The position numbers were made by a program, and so were the translations under genes. A DNA stretch of 64,000 nt, taken from positions 1 through 64,000 of IMG/VR virus record IMGVR_UViG_3300033153_010139; one strand, written 5' to 3'. Below, piece after piece: positions 7,428-16,696 of this stretch. The notes beneath the pieces were generated by a model. It had not been told where the DNA came from. It was given only the letters and a program-made list of their open reading frames with translations, and made no database searches. Each line of letters starts with the position of its first letter. Position 1 is the stretch's first letter. This DNA is from a virus.

Positions 7428-8242
7428 ACCACCAGGTTCTCGCGCCGCTCCTCTTCAACCGAGATCACCTTCCGCACCCGCTCCCAATCGTCCACGTGCA
7501 TGAGCCGGTGGCTGAAGAAGCACGGGCAGCCGTTGATCGAGCGCGGGGCCGCCGTGTCCGTGTACTCGTAGATCAGGCCGACTTTCTCGGCGTAGTCCTC
7601 GGGTATCGGCGGCATCAGCGTGAGGCACATGAAGACCAGTGGCATCGACTCGGGCGCGCAGTGCCGGTGCGAGAAGACGCGCCGGTCCATCCAGGCCAGC
7701 ACGAACTGGCGCAAATCGTCTTCGGTACGCCGGCCGGGCTCCTCTGGGTAGCAGGAGGCCAGGACGGCCTTGTGGAAGCACTCGGCGCAGAGCTTCGCTT
7801 TCCTCGCCAGGTCAGCGCTGCCTTCGGGCAGCTGGCGCGCATCAAGAGGCCGGCTGCGGTCTGCGAGGTCCAGGTCGGTCGCGGTATCGCGGAGCAGCGT
7901 GGACCACACGTCTTTCGCGCGCGCCCTGGCCGCGTGGTGCGACACCAAGGGGTCGAGCGGGCGCAGCTCGGCGCCATCGGAGTCGAGGCCGCCGCAGTAG
8001 CACGCCTTGGCGTCATCGCCGATCAGGTGGTAGAGATCGGGCGGGACCTCGGCGAGCCGATCCACGGCCGAGGTGCGCTTTGCGCCGGCGGGCAGCATCT
8101 TGGCGGGCCCGTCCAGGCGCCCCAGGTCGTCGTATGGGCGGACGCCGAGGGCATTCCCGCTTACCGCGACAACACGCCCGCGCTTGCGGTCCGCCTTGTC
8201 GCGCCACTCGATTTCATCGCCCGGTCGGAACGTCTCGGTCAT
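7424..8242 (-). CDS. hypothetical protein (SH3-like N-domain, internal SAVDRLAEV tag, Cys motifs)
   Basis: FRPGDEIEW; GGGTAGAAC on the minus strand 6 nt before the ATG. Confidence 0.7.
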   Translation of the reverse strand: MTETFRPGDEIEWRDKADRKRGRVVAVSGNALGVRPYDDLGRLDGPAKMLPAGAKRTSAVDRLAEVPPDLYHLIGDDAKACYCGGLDSDGAELRPLDPLVSHHAARARAKDVWSTLLRDTATDLDLADRSRPLDARQLPEGSADLARKAKLCAECFHKAVLASCYPEEPGRRTEDDLRQFVLAWMDRRVFSHRHCAPESMPLVFMCLTLMPPIPEDYAEKVGLIYEYTDTAAPRSINGCPCFFSHRLMHVDDWERVRKVISVEEERRENLVV

Positions 8243-8248
8243 GTGGTT

Positions 8249-8284
8249 GTTCTACCCGGCTCTGTCGCATCGGCAGGGTAGAAC
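8249..8284. promoter_or_regulatory. divergent back-to-back GGGTAGAAC promoters
   Basis: GTTCTACCC (8249-8257) and GGGTAGAAC (8276-8284) lie between divergent genes. Confidence 0.65.
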
Positions 8285-8304
8285 ACGGGCATGGAGGTGG
8301 CACG

Positions 8305-8832
8305 GTGCACGCGAAGCGAATGAAGCAGGTGAAGACGAAGATGCCGCTCGGGTACAGATATGCGCCCCGGAAGGGCTCTATTTCCGCGGGCATGCCGCTC
8401 ACCAAAGACGACCTGGTCGCCACGCTGTCCGCGGCCTCGGACATCACGATCGCGGCGGACGAGATCGCCGGGCGGGGCTTGCCCCGAGAGGTGATCGACG
8501 GCCTGCCGCCCGAGTTGCGTAGCGGCTTGCAGCAGTGGCACGCCGAGCTGCACCGGTGGGTGTCGGTCGGCGTCGAGCGGCGCGAGCGCCTCGTGCCTCT
8601 GCTGCGACAACTGCACAAGCTGGTGCGCGCCGAGCACCTGACCGGCGCCAAGTTCCAGATCGGCGATCCCGTGGAGACGCCGCTCGGGCGGGGCATCGTG
8701 CGGGACCTGCTGCGCGACGAGGACTACGATGACAGAACCTACGTGGTGGACGGGCGCATCTGGCCGGAGGACCAGCTCCAGCCAGTGGCCGCCGTGGACC
8801 AGCTGGCGGATCTGCACGGAACGCCGGAATGA
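8305..8832 (+). CDS. hypothetical protein, C-terminal SH3-like domain plus tag
   Basis: GGAGG then GTG 8305; FQIGDPVETPLGRG; ends AAVDQLADLHGTPE. Confidence 0.6.
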   Translation: MHAKRMKQVKTKMPLGYRYAPRKGSISAGMPLTKDDLVATLSAASDITIAADEIAGRGLPREVIDGLPPELRSGLQQWHAELHRWVSVGVERRERLVPLLRQLHKLVRAEHLTGAKFQIGDPVETPLGRGIVRDLLRDEDYDDRTYVVDGRIWPEDQLQPVAAVDQLADLHGTPE

Positions 8833-9233
8833 GCGCCGACAAGATCGTTGTCGTGGGCCTGCATGCGGACGAAACGGGCATTCTCGTTCAGCAGCGCCTG
8901 GTCGGTTCCCACCTCGGCGGCCTGTGGGAGCTGCCCGGCGGCGGCGTCGAAGAGGGGGAGACCATGCGCGAGGCCCTCGCGCGGGAGTGGTTGGAGGAGC
9001 TGGGCCTGCGCATTGAGGTCGGCAACATCCTGACGATCTGCGAGCTGACCTTCCCGGGCATCGGCAACGTGTTCCTCCCGCTGTTCGAGGTGTTCTTCGG
9101 GGAGCAGCAGACCCCCGAGAGCCGGCTCGGCCAGGTGGTGCGGAGGGTGACGTACGAGGAGATGGTCGCGCTGCCGGGAGTGCCGACGATGAAGCGCTAC
9201 GCCGACACCATCCTGCGCTACACCGCTACTTGA
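8829..9233 (+). CDS. Nudix hydrolase (MutT-like)
   Basis: Nudix box GLWELPGGGVEEGETMREALAREWLEELGL. Confidence 0.9.
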   Translation: MSADKIVVVGLHADETGILVQQRLVGSHLGGLWELPGGGVEEGETMREALAREWLEELGLRIEVGNILTICELTFPGIGNVFLPLFEVFFGEQQTPESRLGQVVRRVTYEEMVALPGVPTMKRYADTILRYTAT

Positions 9234-9456
9234 CCAGGGCCGCCAGCTCGTCGATGACTGTCCACAGCCGGAGCTTGTCGGCCGTTGGCGATGCGGCGTA
9301 CTCGTGGCCATCGCCCCACCTGATCCACGGCCAGGCGTTAGACATGAGATGAAGCACCGTGCCCTTGCGCCTCCGCTCGCGGTCCTCCATCGGTATGAGC
9401 GGGCCGAAGCACGGCCGGATGTCGTAGACGCGGTCTCCGGGCGAGAACTGGATCAC
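9226..9456 (-). CDS. small SH3-like protein with tag
   Basis: GTG overlaps the upstream stop; FSPGDRVYD; ends TVIDELAALVK. Confidence 0.6.
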   Translation of the reverse strand: MIQFSPGDRVYDIRPCFGPLIPMEDRERRRKGTVLHLMSNAWPWIRWGDGHEYAASPTADKLRLWTVIDELAALVK

Positions 9457-9686
9457 AGCAGCTCCAGCGTCTTCCACCACTCGAACTCGACGTAGTGCTC
9501 CTCGTCCGGCGGGCTGCACGGGAACTTGCCGATGTGCTCGGGGTCGAGGCGCACGGTGACGGAACCGTGCTCGGTGGCCGGGTTCTCGGGGCTGGCTGCG
9601 ATAACCTCGGTCACCGTGCCCGTCATTCCGAGCAGGTAGACCGTGTCCTCGACGCGGTCCCCGACCTCCAGCTTCCGCCCGGCCAT
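9453..9686 (-). CDS. small SH3/KOW-like protein
   Basis: MAGRKLEVGDRVEDTVYLLGMTGTV; GAGG RBS; coupled to the upstream stop. Confidence 0.6.
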   Translation of the reverse strand: MAGRKLEVGDRVEDTVYLLGMTGTVTEVIAASPENPATEHGSVTVRLDPEHIGKFPCSPPDEEHYVEFEWWKTLELL

Positions 9687-9898
9687 TAGCCCTCCTCGCT
9701 GGCCAGGTCGCCCAGCTCCTCGATGGCAGACACGTCCTTGGCGTCGCGAATCGCGTATTCCACCCGCCGATTGCAGTCGAGCAGGTAGTCGGCGTCGGCG
9801 TGCTCCAGGCCGCCGCAGCGGGCCACGTGCTGCGCGGCATCCAGCAAGGCCCCCACGGACTCTGCCACCAGCTCGGCAGCTCGCATCGATTTGCTCAT
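9686..9898 (-). CDS. small protein with tag
   Basis: Minus-strand GGGTAGAAC 6 nt upstream; ends SAIEELGDLASEEG. Confidence 0.6.
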   Translation of the reverse strand: MSKSMRAAELVAESVGALLDAAQHVARCGGLEHADADYLLDCNRRVEYAIRDAKDVSAIEELGDLASEEG

Positions 9899-9904
9899 GT
9901 TGCT

Positions 9905-9940
9905 GTTCTACCCCGCGCTGACGCCTAACCAGGGTAGAAC
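9905..9940. promoter_or_regulatory. divergent GGGTAGAAC promoters with central GCTGACGCC
   Basis: GTTCTACCC 9905-9913, GCTGACGCC 9917-9925, GGGTAGAAC 9932-9940. Confidence 0.7.
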
Positions 9941-9947
9941 ACACACC

Positions 9948-10202
9948 GTGAGCGATGTAGCCGAGAACCCATGCTGGACGGCCCGCGATGGTCGGGTGAT
10001 TCTGATCACCGAGCTGGCCGACGACCATCTGCAGGCGATCTTCGCGATGATCCGGCGCCGCTGCCGGTTCAACTTCGAGATCTTCGACGAGATGGCCAAG
10101 CGCGGGCTCTGGGCAGCCGATCGCGCCGTGCTCTCGCGCTGCGCGTTCAAGGCGCTGCTGAGCGGCGCGCCGACGACCCGGAACGGGACGGTCCTTGAAT
10201 GA
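9948..10202 (+). CDS. hypothetical protein
   Basis: GTG 7 nt after the motif; WTARDGRVILITELADDHLQAI. Confidence 0.6.
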   Translation: MSDVAENPCWTARDGRVILITELADDHLQAIFAMIRRRCRFNFEIFDEMAKRGLWAADRAVLSRCAFKALLSGAPTTRNGTVLE

Positions 10203-10855
10203 CTGAGCCACGGCAGACGCTACTGGCCTACTGCAGAGACCTGGAAGCGCGCAAGAATCTGGGCGTAGTCCTCTGCGTGAAGACCGATCGCCGGACCAGC
10301 GGCATCGTCTGCTGCGATGAGGCCACCGACACCGAGTGGATCGCCGGGCTCGTGGAACTGGCTCTGGCCGGCGCCGCTTGCCCCGAGGGATGGTGCGGCG
10401 GCAGCGGCAGCATCATGGACCACGGATTCTGCCCTCGCTGCAAGGGCAAGGGCGGGGTCGGGTCTCCCCTGGTCCGCATCGCGCTGGCCGTAGCCTGGGC
10501 AACCTTCAAGAAGTGGCACCCGTTCCGGCCCCGCTCCGAGGCGGGACAGGTCGATGCCGTGCTGAAGGCATGCGACGCCTATCTGGAGAACCCGGAGAGC
10601 CCGGCGAACGTGGACTACTGGACGGCGTTCTTGGACTCGGATGGTGGCGGGGCGATCTCCAGCAACATGGTGGCTACGCCGCTGGCGTGGTGGCTTGCGG
10701 TGCAGACGCTCGTCCTGCACGACAGCATGCTGATTCCCGAGTACGCGGGGGCCGGGGCGGACGGAGCGTTCCGCTACGCGCTCACGAGCGCCAGCTGGAC
10801 GCTCGGATTCGATGAGGTTCGCGAGGCCGTGCTAAAGGAGGTGCAATCGTGGTGA
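10199..10855 (+). CDS. hypothetical protein with DnaJ-type CxxCxGxG-like motifs
   Basis: WCGGSG...CPRCKGKG; coupled start. Confidence 0.6.
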   Translation: MTEPRQTLLAYCRDLEARKNLGVVLCVKTDRRTSGIVCCDEATDTEWIAGLVELALAGAACPEGWCGGSGSIMDHGFCPRCKGKGGVGSPLVRIALAVAWATFKKWHPFRPRSEAGQVDAVLKACDAYLENPESPANVDYWTAFLDSDGGGAISSNMVATPLAWWLAVQTLVLHDSMLIPEYAGAGADGAFRYALTSASWTLGFDEVREAVLKEVQSW

Positions 10856-10995
10856 GATGCGACGACCCCGAGCCGGAAGCCGAGGAGCAGCCCGACTGCC
10901 AGGATCCGGCCAATCCGTACGACCACTACTACGAGAGCGACGACCCGGACGAAGTCGGCTACTACGACTCGGCCGGACGACTGCGACGGAGGTAG
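10849..10995 (+). CDS. very acidic 48-aa peptide (not in the ORF track)
   Basis: AAGGAGG RBS; VVRCDDPEPEAEEQPDCQDPANPYDHYYESDDPDEVGYYDSAGRLRRR. Confidence 0.5.
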   Translation: MVRCDDPEPEAEEQPDCQDPANPYDHYYESDDPDEVGYYDSAGRLRRR

Positions 10996-10999
10996 GCGC

Positions 11000-11254
11000 G
11001 TGGTGGACATCGGTGCCGGCCTTCGGCTGCAGACCAGCGTGTCTCGCATGGACGAGTGGGATACCCGGCGGATCCAGCGTGCCAGCGAGGAGGGCAGCGG
11101 TGGTTGGCCGAGCGACCACGACCGGCACTACCTCATCTGGCTCGCGACCCACGGTCCTGAGATCCTGGCCGAGCTGAAGAAGCGGCGGGAGAGCGCGTGT
11201 CCCGAGTGCGCCGACATCGCCCGGGTCAACGACAAGGATGGCCCCGATGGCTGA
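11000..11254 (+). CDS. hypothetical protein
   Basis: GGAGG RBS; operon-like packing; CPEC. Confidence 0.5.
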   Translation: MVDIGAGLRLQTSVSRMDEWDTRRIQRASEEGSGGWPSDHDRHYLIWLATHGPEILAELKKRRESACPECADIARVNDKDGPDG

Positions 11255-11510
11255 CCTGTGCCGGTGCGGCAACCCGACCGCGGTGGACGAGGCCGTGCGC
11301 CTCAGCGAGGAGCGCGGCGACGGGCTCTGGGCGCAGATTATGGCCGGGATAGACGCCCAGGTCATCACCGGCCTCGCCGGGAAGGACGGGCCGGGCCTCT
11401 GTCGGGCCTGCTTCGAGGATGCCGAGTGGCTCAACGACGAGGACGACCCGGCTTTCCGGGCGGCCATGGAGAAGGCCGAGAACAGCGAGAATGTGGAGCC
11501 ATGGCCGTGA
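11247..11510 (+). CDS. hypothetical Zn-binding protein
   Basis: CRCG...CRAC; overlaps its neighbours. Confidence 0.5.
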   Translation: MADLCRCGNPTAVDEAVRLSEERGDGLWAQIMAGIDAQVITGLAGKDGPGLCRACFEDAEWLNDEDDPAFRAAMEKAENSENVEPWP

Positions 11511-11863
11511 TCGGCCAGGAACCGGAGGACTACCGGGTGAGAGGCTTCAAGCACCCCGTCTGGCAGGACAACCGCCGCCTAGTGAAGACCTGCAAGGCTG
11601 TGCCTCACGCTGTCCTGGCCGTCGTCGTTCGCTCGCTGTTCCACGACGGGGCGGTGAAGGTCGTGGTCGAGGACGAGAAGCCGATCGCCCAGCTCGAACA
11701 GGAGGAGGCGATCGAGGATGGCACCTTGTGTCCTACGACGCTCAAGGAGAACTGCGGCGCGTGCTCGGGCGAGGCTTGTTTCCTCTGCGGCGCGGGCTGC
11801 TGGGACGCCTCGGTCCGCAACTGCGAGCACGACGTCATCGAACGGCACCAGGAGAAACCATGA
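11501..11863 (+). CDS. hypothetical Cys-rich protein
   Basis: CGACSGEACFLCGAGC. Confidence 0.5.
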   Translation: MAVIGQEPEDYRVRGFKHPVWQDNRRLVKTCKAVPHAVLAVVVRSLFHDGAVKVVVEDEKPIAQLEQEEAIEDGTLCPTTLKENCGACSGEACFLCGAGCWDASVRNCEHDVIERHQEKP

Positions 11864-12078
11864 GCTGCGCCGGCCACTGCCCGACCTGCAACGGACATCT
11901 CGGCTTCTGCTCCGAGCACACCGGCGGTCATCGCCCGTGCGGCTGTCCGCCCGTGGGCTGGACCTGTCCGGTATGCAAGCGCGGGCTCGCGCCGGCAGTC
12001 AAGACGTGCGATCACGGGGCGGCGCAGCTGCAGGATCCGGTCCCGCGCCATGGCTACATATTCAAGACCTTGATGTAA
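11860..12078 (+). CDS. small Cys/His-rich protein
   Basis: AGGAG RBS, ATGA overlap; CPTC, CPVC. Confidence 0.5.
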   Translation: MSCAGHCPTCNGHLGFCSEHTGGHRPCGCPPVGWTCPVCKRGLAPAVKTCDHGAAQLQDPVPRHGYIFKTLM

Positions 12079-12092
12079 AGGCAGCGCTGACC

Positions 12093-12245
12093 GTGGCCGA
12101 ACAAACCGAGTGCCTGATCGATGGCTGCTGCGCGTCCGCGACGTTCTGCAACTTCCATGCTGATCCGTGCATGACCGCGGAGATCGCGCGCCTGCGGGAG
12201 CAGGTCGCCCGGTTGCAGGCCGAGATCGCGCGGCTTCGCTCGTAG
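12093..12245 (+). CDS. small coiled-coil protein (start uncertain)
   Basis: EIARLREQVARLQAEIARLRS heptads. Confidence 0.35.
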   Translation: MAEQTECLIDGCCASATFCNFHADPCMTAEIARLREQVARLQAEIARLRS

Positions 12246-12291
12246 CCGCCACCGTGCTTGATCGGTAGGATGGGGCGAGGAGACTCGCCCT

Positions 12292-13143
12292 ATGACCGCA
12301 GAACCTCCCGTTCCTGGTCCGAACGGACTGACGCCCATCTCCGGGCGCGGCCGGACTGAAGAAGAGATGTGGCGCTGGTGCCTGCGTCGGCTGGGCGGCG
12401 GGGTCGTGGACATCGAACTAACCTCCCGCGGGGATACGGATCCGCTCACCGGCAACCCGTTCGCGCCCGGCGAGACGCACCAGGACGACTGCATCGACGA
12501 CACCAAGCGGTGGTACAGCCACCGCGTCGGCTTCAAGCGCGTGCTGCAGATCACGCTCGGCAACGGGCAGGGCGCCTACCTCATGGGGCCCACCGTGACC
12601 GAGGTAATCTCGGTCTGGCTGCCCAGCTTCCAGCTCCCGACGCTGGACGCCGATCAGTACTCCTACACCTACTTCTCGCTCCTCTTCGGGCAGTGGACGA
12701 ACCCGAACGTCGCCCCCATGCCCTATTCGGATCTGGTGCAGCGGCTCCAGTACCTCGAAGAGATCGGACGGATCTTCTCCAGCGACCGCGACTGGCGCTG
12801 GACCAAGGAGACGCGCACGTTGGAGATCCTCCCACCGCCTTCGGCAGGCGGCTCGCTCTATGGAGGATCGGCCAATGTCTCGGCGCTGGTGACCGTGTGG
12901 GATCGCCAGATCGACACGCGGCAGCTCGACCCGATGGAGGAGGACTTCTTCCAGCGCAAGATGCTGGCGGAAGCCTACAAGCGGCTCGGCTCGATTCGCA
13001 GTACGCTTACGTCCTGGCCCTCGATCGGCGGCGAGAAGGACTTGAGCGGCGATCTCTGGTACGACCGGGCGACCGAGATCGAGGACCAGCTCAAGGAGGA
13101 CATCCTCAACTGGAAGCGGCCCCTGGGCATCATCATGGGATAG
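12292..13143 (+). CDS. neck protein (T4 gp13-like)
   Basis: WCLRRLGGGVVDIELT..DCIDD N-terminus resembles gp13-like neck proteins; first gene of the structural block. Confidence 0.7.
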   Translation: MTAEPPVPGPNGLTPISGRGRTEEEMWRWCLRRLGGGVVDIELTSRGDTDPLTGNPFAPGETHQDDCIDDTKRWYSHRVGFKRVLQITLGNGQGAYLMGPTVTEVISVWLPSFQLPTLDADQYSYTYFSLLFGQWTNPNVAPMPYSDLVQRLQYLEEIGRIFSSDRDWRWTKETRTLEILPPPSAGGSLYGGSANVSALVTVWDRQIDTRQLDPMEEDFFQRKMLAEAYKRLGSIRSTLTSWPSIGGEKDLSGDLWYDRATEIEDQLKEDILNWKRPLGIIMG

Positions 13144-13146
13144 CGC

Positions 13147-13614
13147 GTGTCGAAGCAGCCGCCGAAGAAGCTCGATCCTTACGTGCTGCTCCGTGACCCG
13201 GACAGTCTCCCGAGGCTGGTGCGAATGGGGATCGTCGATCTGCTGCGCCGCGAGAAGGGAGGGGGCGACCCCAACGAAGAAGACATGATCAAGTCGTTCA
13301 ACGTGATCTGCTGGTCGCTCCTCACAGCTGGGCCGCAGCGCAACGGCGCAAAGCGTCGGATCAAGGTCAGCCCCAACAACCAGAGCACGGTCGTGCTGAC
13401 GAACCTCGGTGAGATGATCGAGCGCGAGCGGGTGAAGAAGCCGAAGAAGAAGAAGAAGACGACGACGAAGCCCAAGGGCAAGACCGTGCTACCGTGGATT
13501 CCGTTCGCCAAGAAGGCGGCGATGTTGCGGCGGTGGGCCAAGACGGTCTACGACAAGGACCCGGTCAAGTACTCACAGACCTGGTGGGAGGCGAACACGA
13601 ACCGTGCCACCTAA
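13147..13614 (+). CDS. hypothetical basic protein
   Basis: Packed between the neck genes; Lys-rich run. Confidence 0.55.
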   Translation: MSKQPPKKLDPYVLLRDPDSLPRLVRMGIVDLLRREKGGGDPNEEDMIKSFNVICWSLLTAGPQRNGAKRRIKVSPNNQSTVVLTNLGEMIERERVKKPKKKKKTTTKPKGKTVLPWIPFAKKAAMLRRWAKTVYDKDPVKYSQTWWEANTNRAT

Positions 13615-14380
13615 CGTGCGACCCCCGAACGCGACGACTTACGACTACGGCCAGTTCAAAAGCGCGCCCGGCACGATAGGCCCGCCGGGCGTGCCCGACA
13701 CCTTCCTCGGTCCGCGGAACAAGGCGTACGCTGACTTCATCGCACGGCAGATTACGCGAGTGCGCGGCACGAACGCTTACTACTACGTGCTCGACGACAT
13801 GAGCGAGCGCGTGGACGGTGACCGGCCGCTCTCCGACGCTGACCGTCGCGGGCGCGTGGGCGCGGCCGAGGGCAGCGCTGACCTCACGCACGAGGAGGTC
13901 TTCGCGCGCAAGAAACACGCGGGCATGGCGCTCTACGGTGAGCATGTGATCGTGAAGCGGCGCCTCGATTCGGTGCGCCGGGAGATCCAGCCGGACTGGC
14001 CCTACCTCGACCCGATCCTGGTGCGCGGGCTCGTGGACGCCACCGAGCACGAGGACGAGCCGGACGAGCGCGGGACGATTCGCATTCGCCGTTGCGAGTA
14101 CCGGCTTGCGCGCGTGTTGTGCGACCGCGAGTGGGATATGCAGCCGAGGGCCGGCGACGTCGTCCGTTTCCCCAAGCTCCTCGACCAGTACATGGACGTG
14201 GAGAGGGCGGAACGAGAAGAAGCCCGCTTCGGCAGCACCGGCTTCTTCGTGGAATACAAGCTCACGCTGGTCAAGACATCCAAGTTCGAGCCGCAGCGGA
14301 AGATCGCCGAGCGCAAGCTCGCCGACGAACCGCCACCAACCGGGGCGCCCGACGACCCGAGTCCGGGAGATCTCTCATGA
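13604..14380 (+). CDS. neck/head-closure protein (gp14-like)
   Basis: Synteny; PRAGDVVRFP...FFVEYKLTL. Confidence 0.5.
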   Translation: MPPNVRPPNATTYDYGQFKSAPGTIGPPGVPDTFLGPRNKAYADFIARQITRVRGTNAYYYVLDDMSERVDGDRPLSDADRRGRVGAAEGSADLTHEEVFARKKHAGMALYGEHVIVKRRLDSVRREIQPDWPYLDPILVRGLVDATEHEDEPDERGTIRIRRCEYRLARVLCDREWDMQPRAGDVVRFPKLLDQYMDVERAEREEARFGSTGFFVEYKLTLVKTSKFEPQRKIAERKLADEPPPTGAPDDPSPGDLS

Positions 14381-14733
14381 GCCTTTACGATCGCGTGCTG
14401 GTTGAGGCCAAGACCGCCGGGGCCAAGGTGCCCGCCGCCGAAAGGCGGAAGGTCAACGCCAAGCTGGCCAAGCTGACGAACTACTTCACCAAGCCCGGCG
14501 CCGGACTGGCGTCGGTCGCTCAGGTGCTGAACGGCTTCGGGCTGGAGCTGGACAGCAGCGTCACGCTCGGCGAGCGCGAGGCGAAGACCCGGCTCTACAA
14601 GTTGGACATCGCCAGGTCCGACCCGAAGGACTCGTTCTCGCCCGTGCTGATCACCAACACCCTGCTGGTGCTCTCTGTTCACTACAAGGGCGAGGGCGCG
14701 CACGCCTACGAGGTTTTCGGCCACCTGTCGTGA
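14377..14733 (+). CDS. putative internal head protein
   Basis: Starts MSLYDRVLVEAK (shared leader); GGAG RBS, ATGA overlap. Confidence 0.6.
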   Translation: MSLYDRVLVEAKTAGAKVPAAERRKVNAKLAKLTNYFTKPGAGLASVAQVLNGFGLELDSSVTLGEREAKTRLYKLDIARSDPKDSFSPVLITNTLLVLSVHYKGEGAHAYEVFGHLS

Positions 14734-15491
14734 AGTTCAAGGTCACGAAGAAGGTCCGCGGCCCGAAGAACTTCAAGAGGGAGGTCCAGCGACGCGTTCG
14801 CGCGGCTGCCACCATCGCCGGGCGCGCGATTGCCGATGGCGTGCGCGACACTGTGCTGACGCGAATCCCGCCCGGCGAGAAGTGGCTCGATCTCTACAGA
14901 GAAGCGATCCAGTACCTGGAGTCGCGCGACCACGACGCCTGGGCCGTTGCAGGACTATCGCCGACAGCGCTGACCACGGTTCCAGCGGAGAGTACCCAGA
15001 TCAAGATCAAGGGCGGCATCGACGCGCACGTCGTAGCCAACATCCTCGCGCAGCACAATCCGTGGACTGTGGACACGCTGCCGGCGGTCTCGGGCGGAAT
15101 TCCCGGGGAGGCCGAGGTGCGCCCGGCCTCGGTTAGCGAGATGGACTCCCACCGGCAGCGGCTGGCCGCCGTCCTTGCCGCGGTCATCGACCAGCTCCAG
15201 GCGGCTGGGGCGCAAATCACCGGCGACTTCCCGGAGGTGAGCGGCCAGGTGTTCATCGACCTGGTGTTCCTCCAGATGCGCTTGGAGCACGGTCTGGGAG
15301 GGTTCCCGCGGGTGCCGCACTGGCTCCCGGCGGCGCGGCAGGCGGCTAATCGGGCGCGGGAGTGGGTAGGCGCCGAGCAGCGGGCCATCGAGGACGCTCT
15401 TGCCGGCAAACCGATCGCAGATCCCGAGCAGGAGATGTCCAGAGCGCTGGAGACCAGGCTTGAGAAACGCAGGGCTGAGGGCTGGTCGTAG
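14730..15491 (+). CDS. virion morphogenesis/tail completion-like protein
   Basis: Synteny; LEHG...PHWLPA C-terminal motif reminiscent of the HK97 gp10-like family. Confidence 0.45.
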   Translation: MKFKVTKKVRGPKNFKREVQRRVRAAATIAGRAIADGVRDTVLTRIPPGEKWLDLYREAIQYLESRDHDAWAVAGLSPTALTTVPAESTQIKIKGGIDAHVVANILAQHNPWTVDTLPAVSGGIPGEAEVRPASVSEMDSHRQRLAAVLAAVIDQLQAAGAQITGDFPEVSGQVFIDLVFLQMRLEHGLGGFPRVPHWLPAARQAANRAREWVGAEQRAIEDALAGKPIADPEQEMSRALETRLEKRRAEGWS

Positions 15492-15531
15492 TTTATGGCG
15501 GCCATAGGGCCCTCGCCGTAGAATATCCCCC

Positions 15532-16356
15532 ATGCCCTCCCGCGAGTTCGGCCACCGTACCGGCAACATCGACCTGCTCGACTACGACCAGGCGGTCGTC
15601 GAGGGCCTGGGCGCTGTCATGGACACGGAGAAGAACCAGTACTGGCTCTCGCTCGCGGACAAGAACGGCAACGGGATCTTCGTCAAGCCGGGGGGCGGCA
15701 CGGAAGCGCCAATCGAGATCACCCGCGCCCAAGTCCGCTTCAAGCAGGCCGAGCCTGCCCGCGACGAGTGGGATCTGCCGTGCGTCTTAGTTCTGCGCGA
15801 CGACTTCACGCCTGCCCAGGCCCGGTTGATGGGCATCACCGAGAGTTATCGGGTGCCGGCAGAGGGCGCGACGCCCGTGGTCATCGGCGGAAGTCTTGGT
15901 TGGACGGCCTACGAGACCAAGCCGCAGGAAGATCCTTACGACTTCACCTACACCATCGAATGCTGGAGCCGCTACCGAACCGTGGCTCAAGTGCTTCTCC
16001 AGATCGCCTTGGCGCGGTATCCTCTCTTTGGCAAGGTGACGGTGACGGACGGGCTTGGTGTGGAGCGTACCTACCACGCTTATCAGGAGGGGACCGCTGA
16101 TCTCACCGAGATCAACTCGATGGTCGATCGCGTTTGCGGCTTCAGCCTCTCGGTACGCATCGAGGGCGAGATGACGCTCGGGAACACGCCCATCATCACG
16201 CCGGGCTTTACCGGCCCGACGGTGCCCTACGACCCGAACAACCCCGGCAACCCGTTCGAGCCGGGCAACCCGACCGAGCCGAATCCAGGACCCGGTGGCC
16301 TCTACGGTGACGGCCAGCCAGCAAAACGAGTGACCGCCATAGGGAGCGACGAATGA
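15532..16356 (+). CDS. tail terminator/completion protein
   Basis: LPCVLVLR...PYDFTYTIECWSRY; lies upstream of the sheath gene. Confidence 0.55.
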   Translation: MPSREFGHRTGNIDLLDYDQAVVEGLGAVMDTEKNQYWLSLADKNGNGIFVKPGGGTEAPIEITRAQVRFKQAEPARDEWDLPCVLVLRDDFTPAQARLMGITESYRVPAEGATPVVIGGSLGWTAYETKPQEDPYDFTYTIECWSRYRTVAQVLLQIALARYPLFGKVTVTDGLGVERTYHAYQEGTADLTEINSMVDRVCGFSLSVRIEGEMTLGNTPIITPGFTGPTVPYDPNNPGNPFEPGNPTEPNPGPGGLYGDGQPAKRVTAIGSDE

Positions 16357-16655
16357 GGACCCAGTACTACCAGGTGACAGGCCGCGGCCCGTTGGCCATC
16401 GACTACCCCGGCGGCGTCGCCAAGGCGCACCGCCCCGGCGAGACCATCGGCCCGATCAGTCCGTCAAACAAGGGCGTGCAGCGCGGGCTGCGCGCGAAGC
16501 GCTTGCGCAAGCTCTCGAAGCGCGAGGCCGATGCGCTGCGCGCGCACGCGACTGTGGTCACGCCAAAGCCGCTCGCCGCGCAACCTGCGCCGACCTCATT
16601 CCGTGACGATACACCAGTCGTTATCGTGGACGACCAGCCGCCTGCGTCGCGGTAG
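16353..16655 (+). CDS. hypothetical protein
   Basis: ATGA-coupled; directly before the sheath gene. Confidence 0.55.
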   Translation: MRTQYYQVTGRGPLAIDYPGGVAKAHRPGETIGPISPSNKGVQRGLRAKRLRKLSKREADALRAHATVVTPKPLAAQPAPTSFRDDTPVVIVDDQPPASR

Positions 16656-16696
16656 AATGGCCCCCCAGAGAAACACCAGAGCGTAGGAGCACCACT

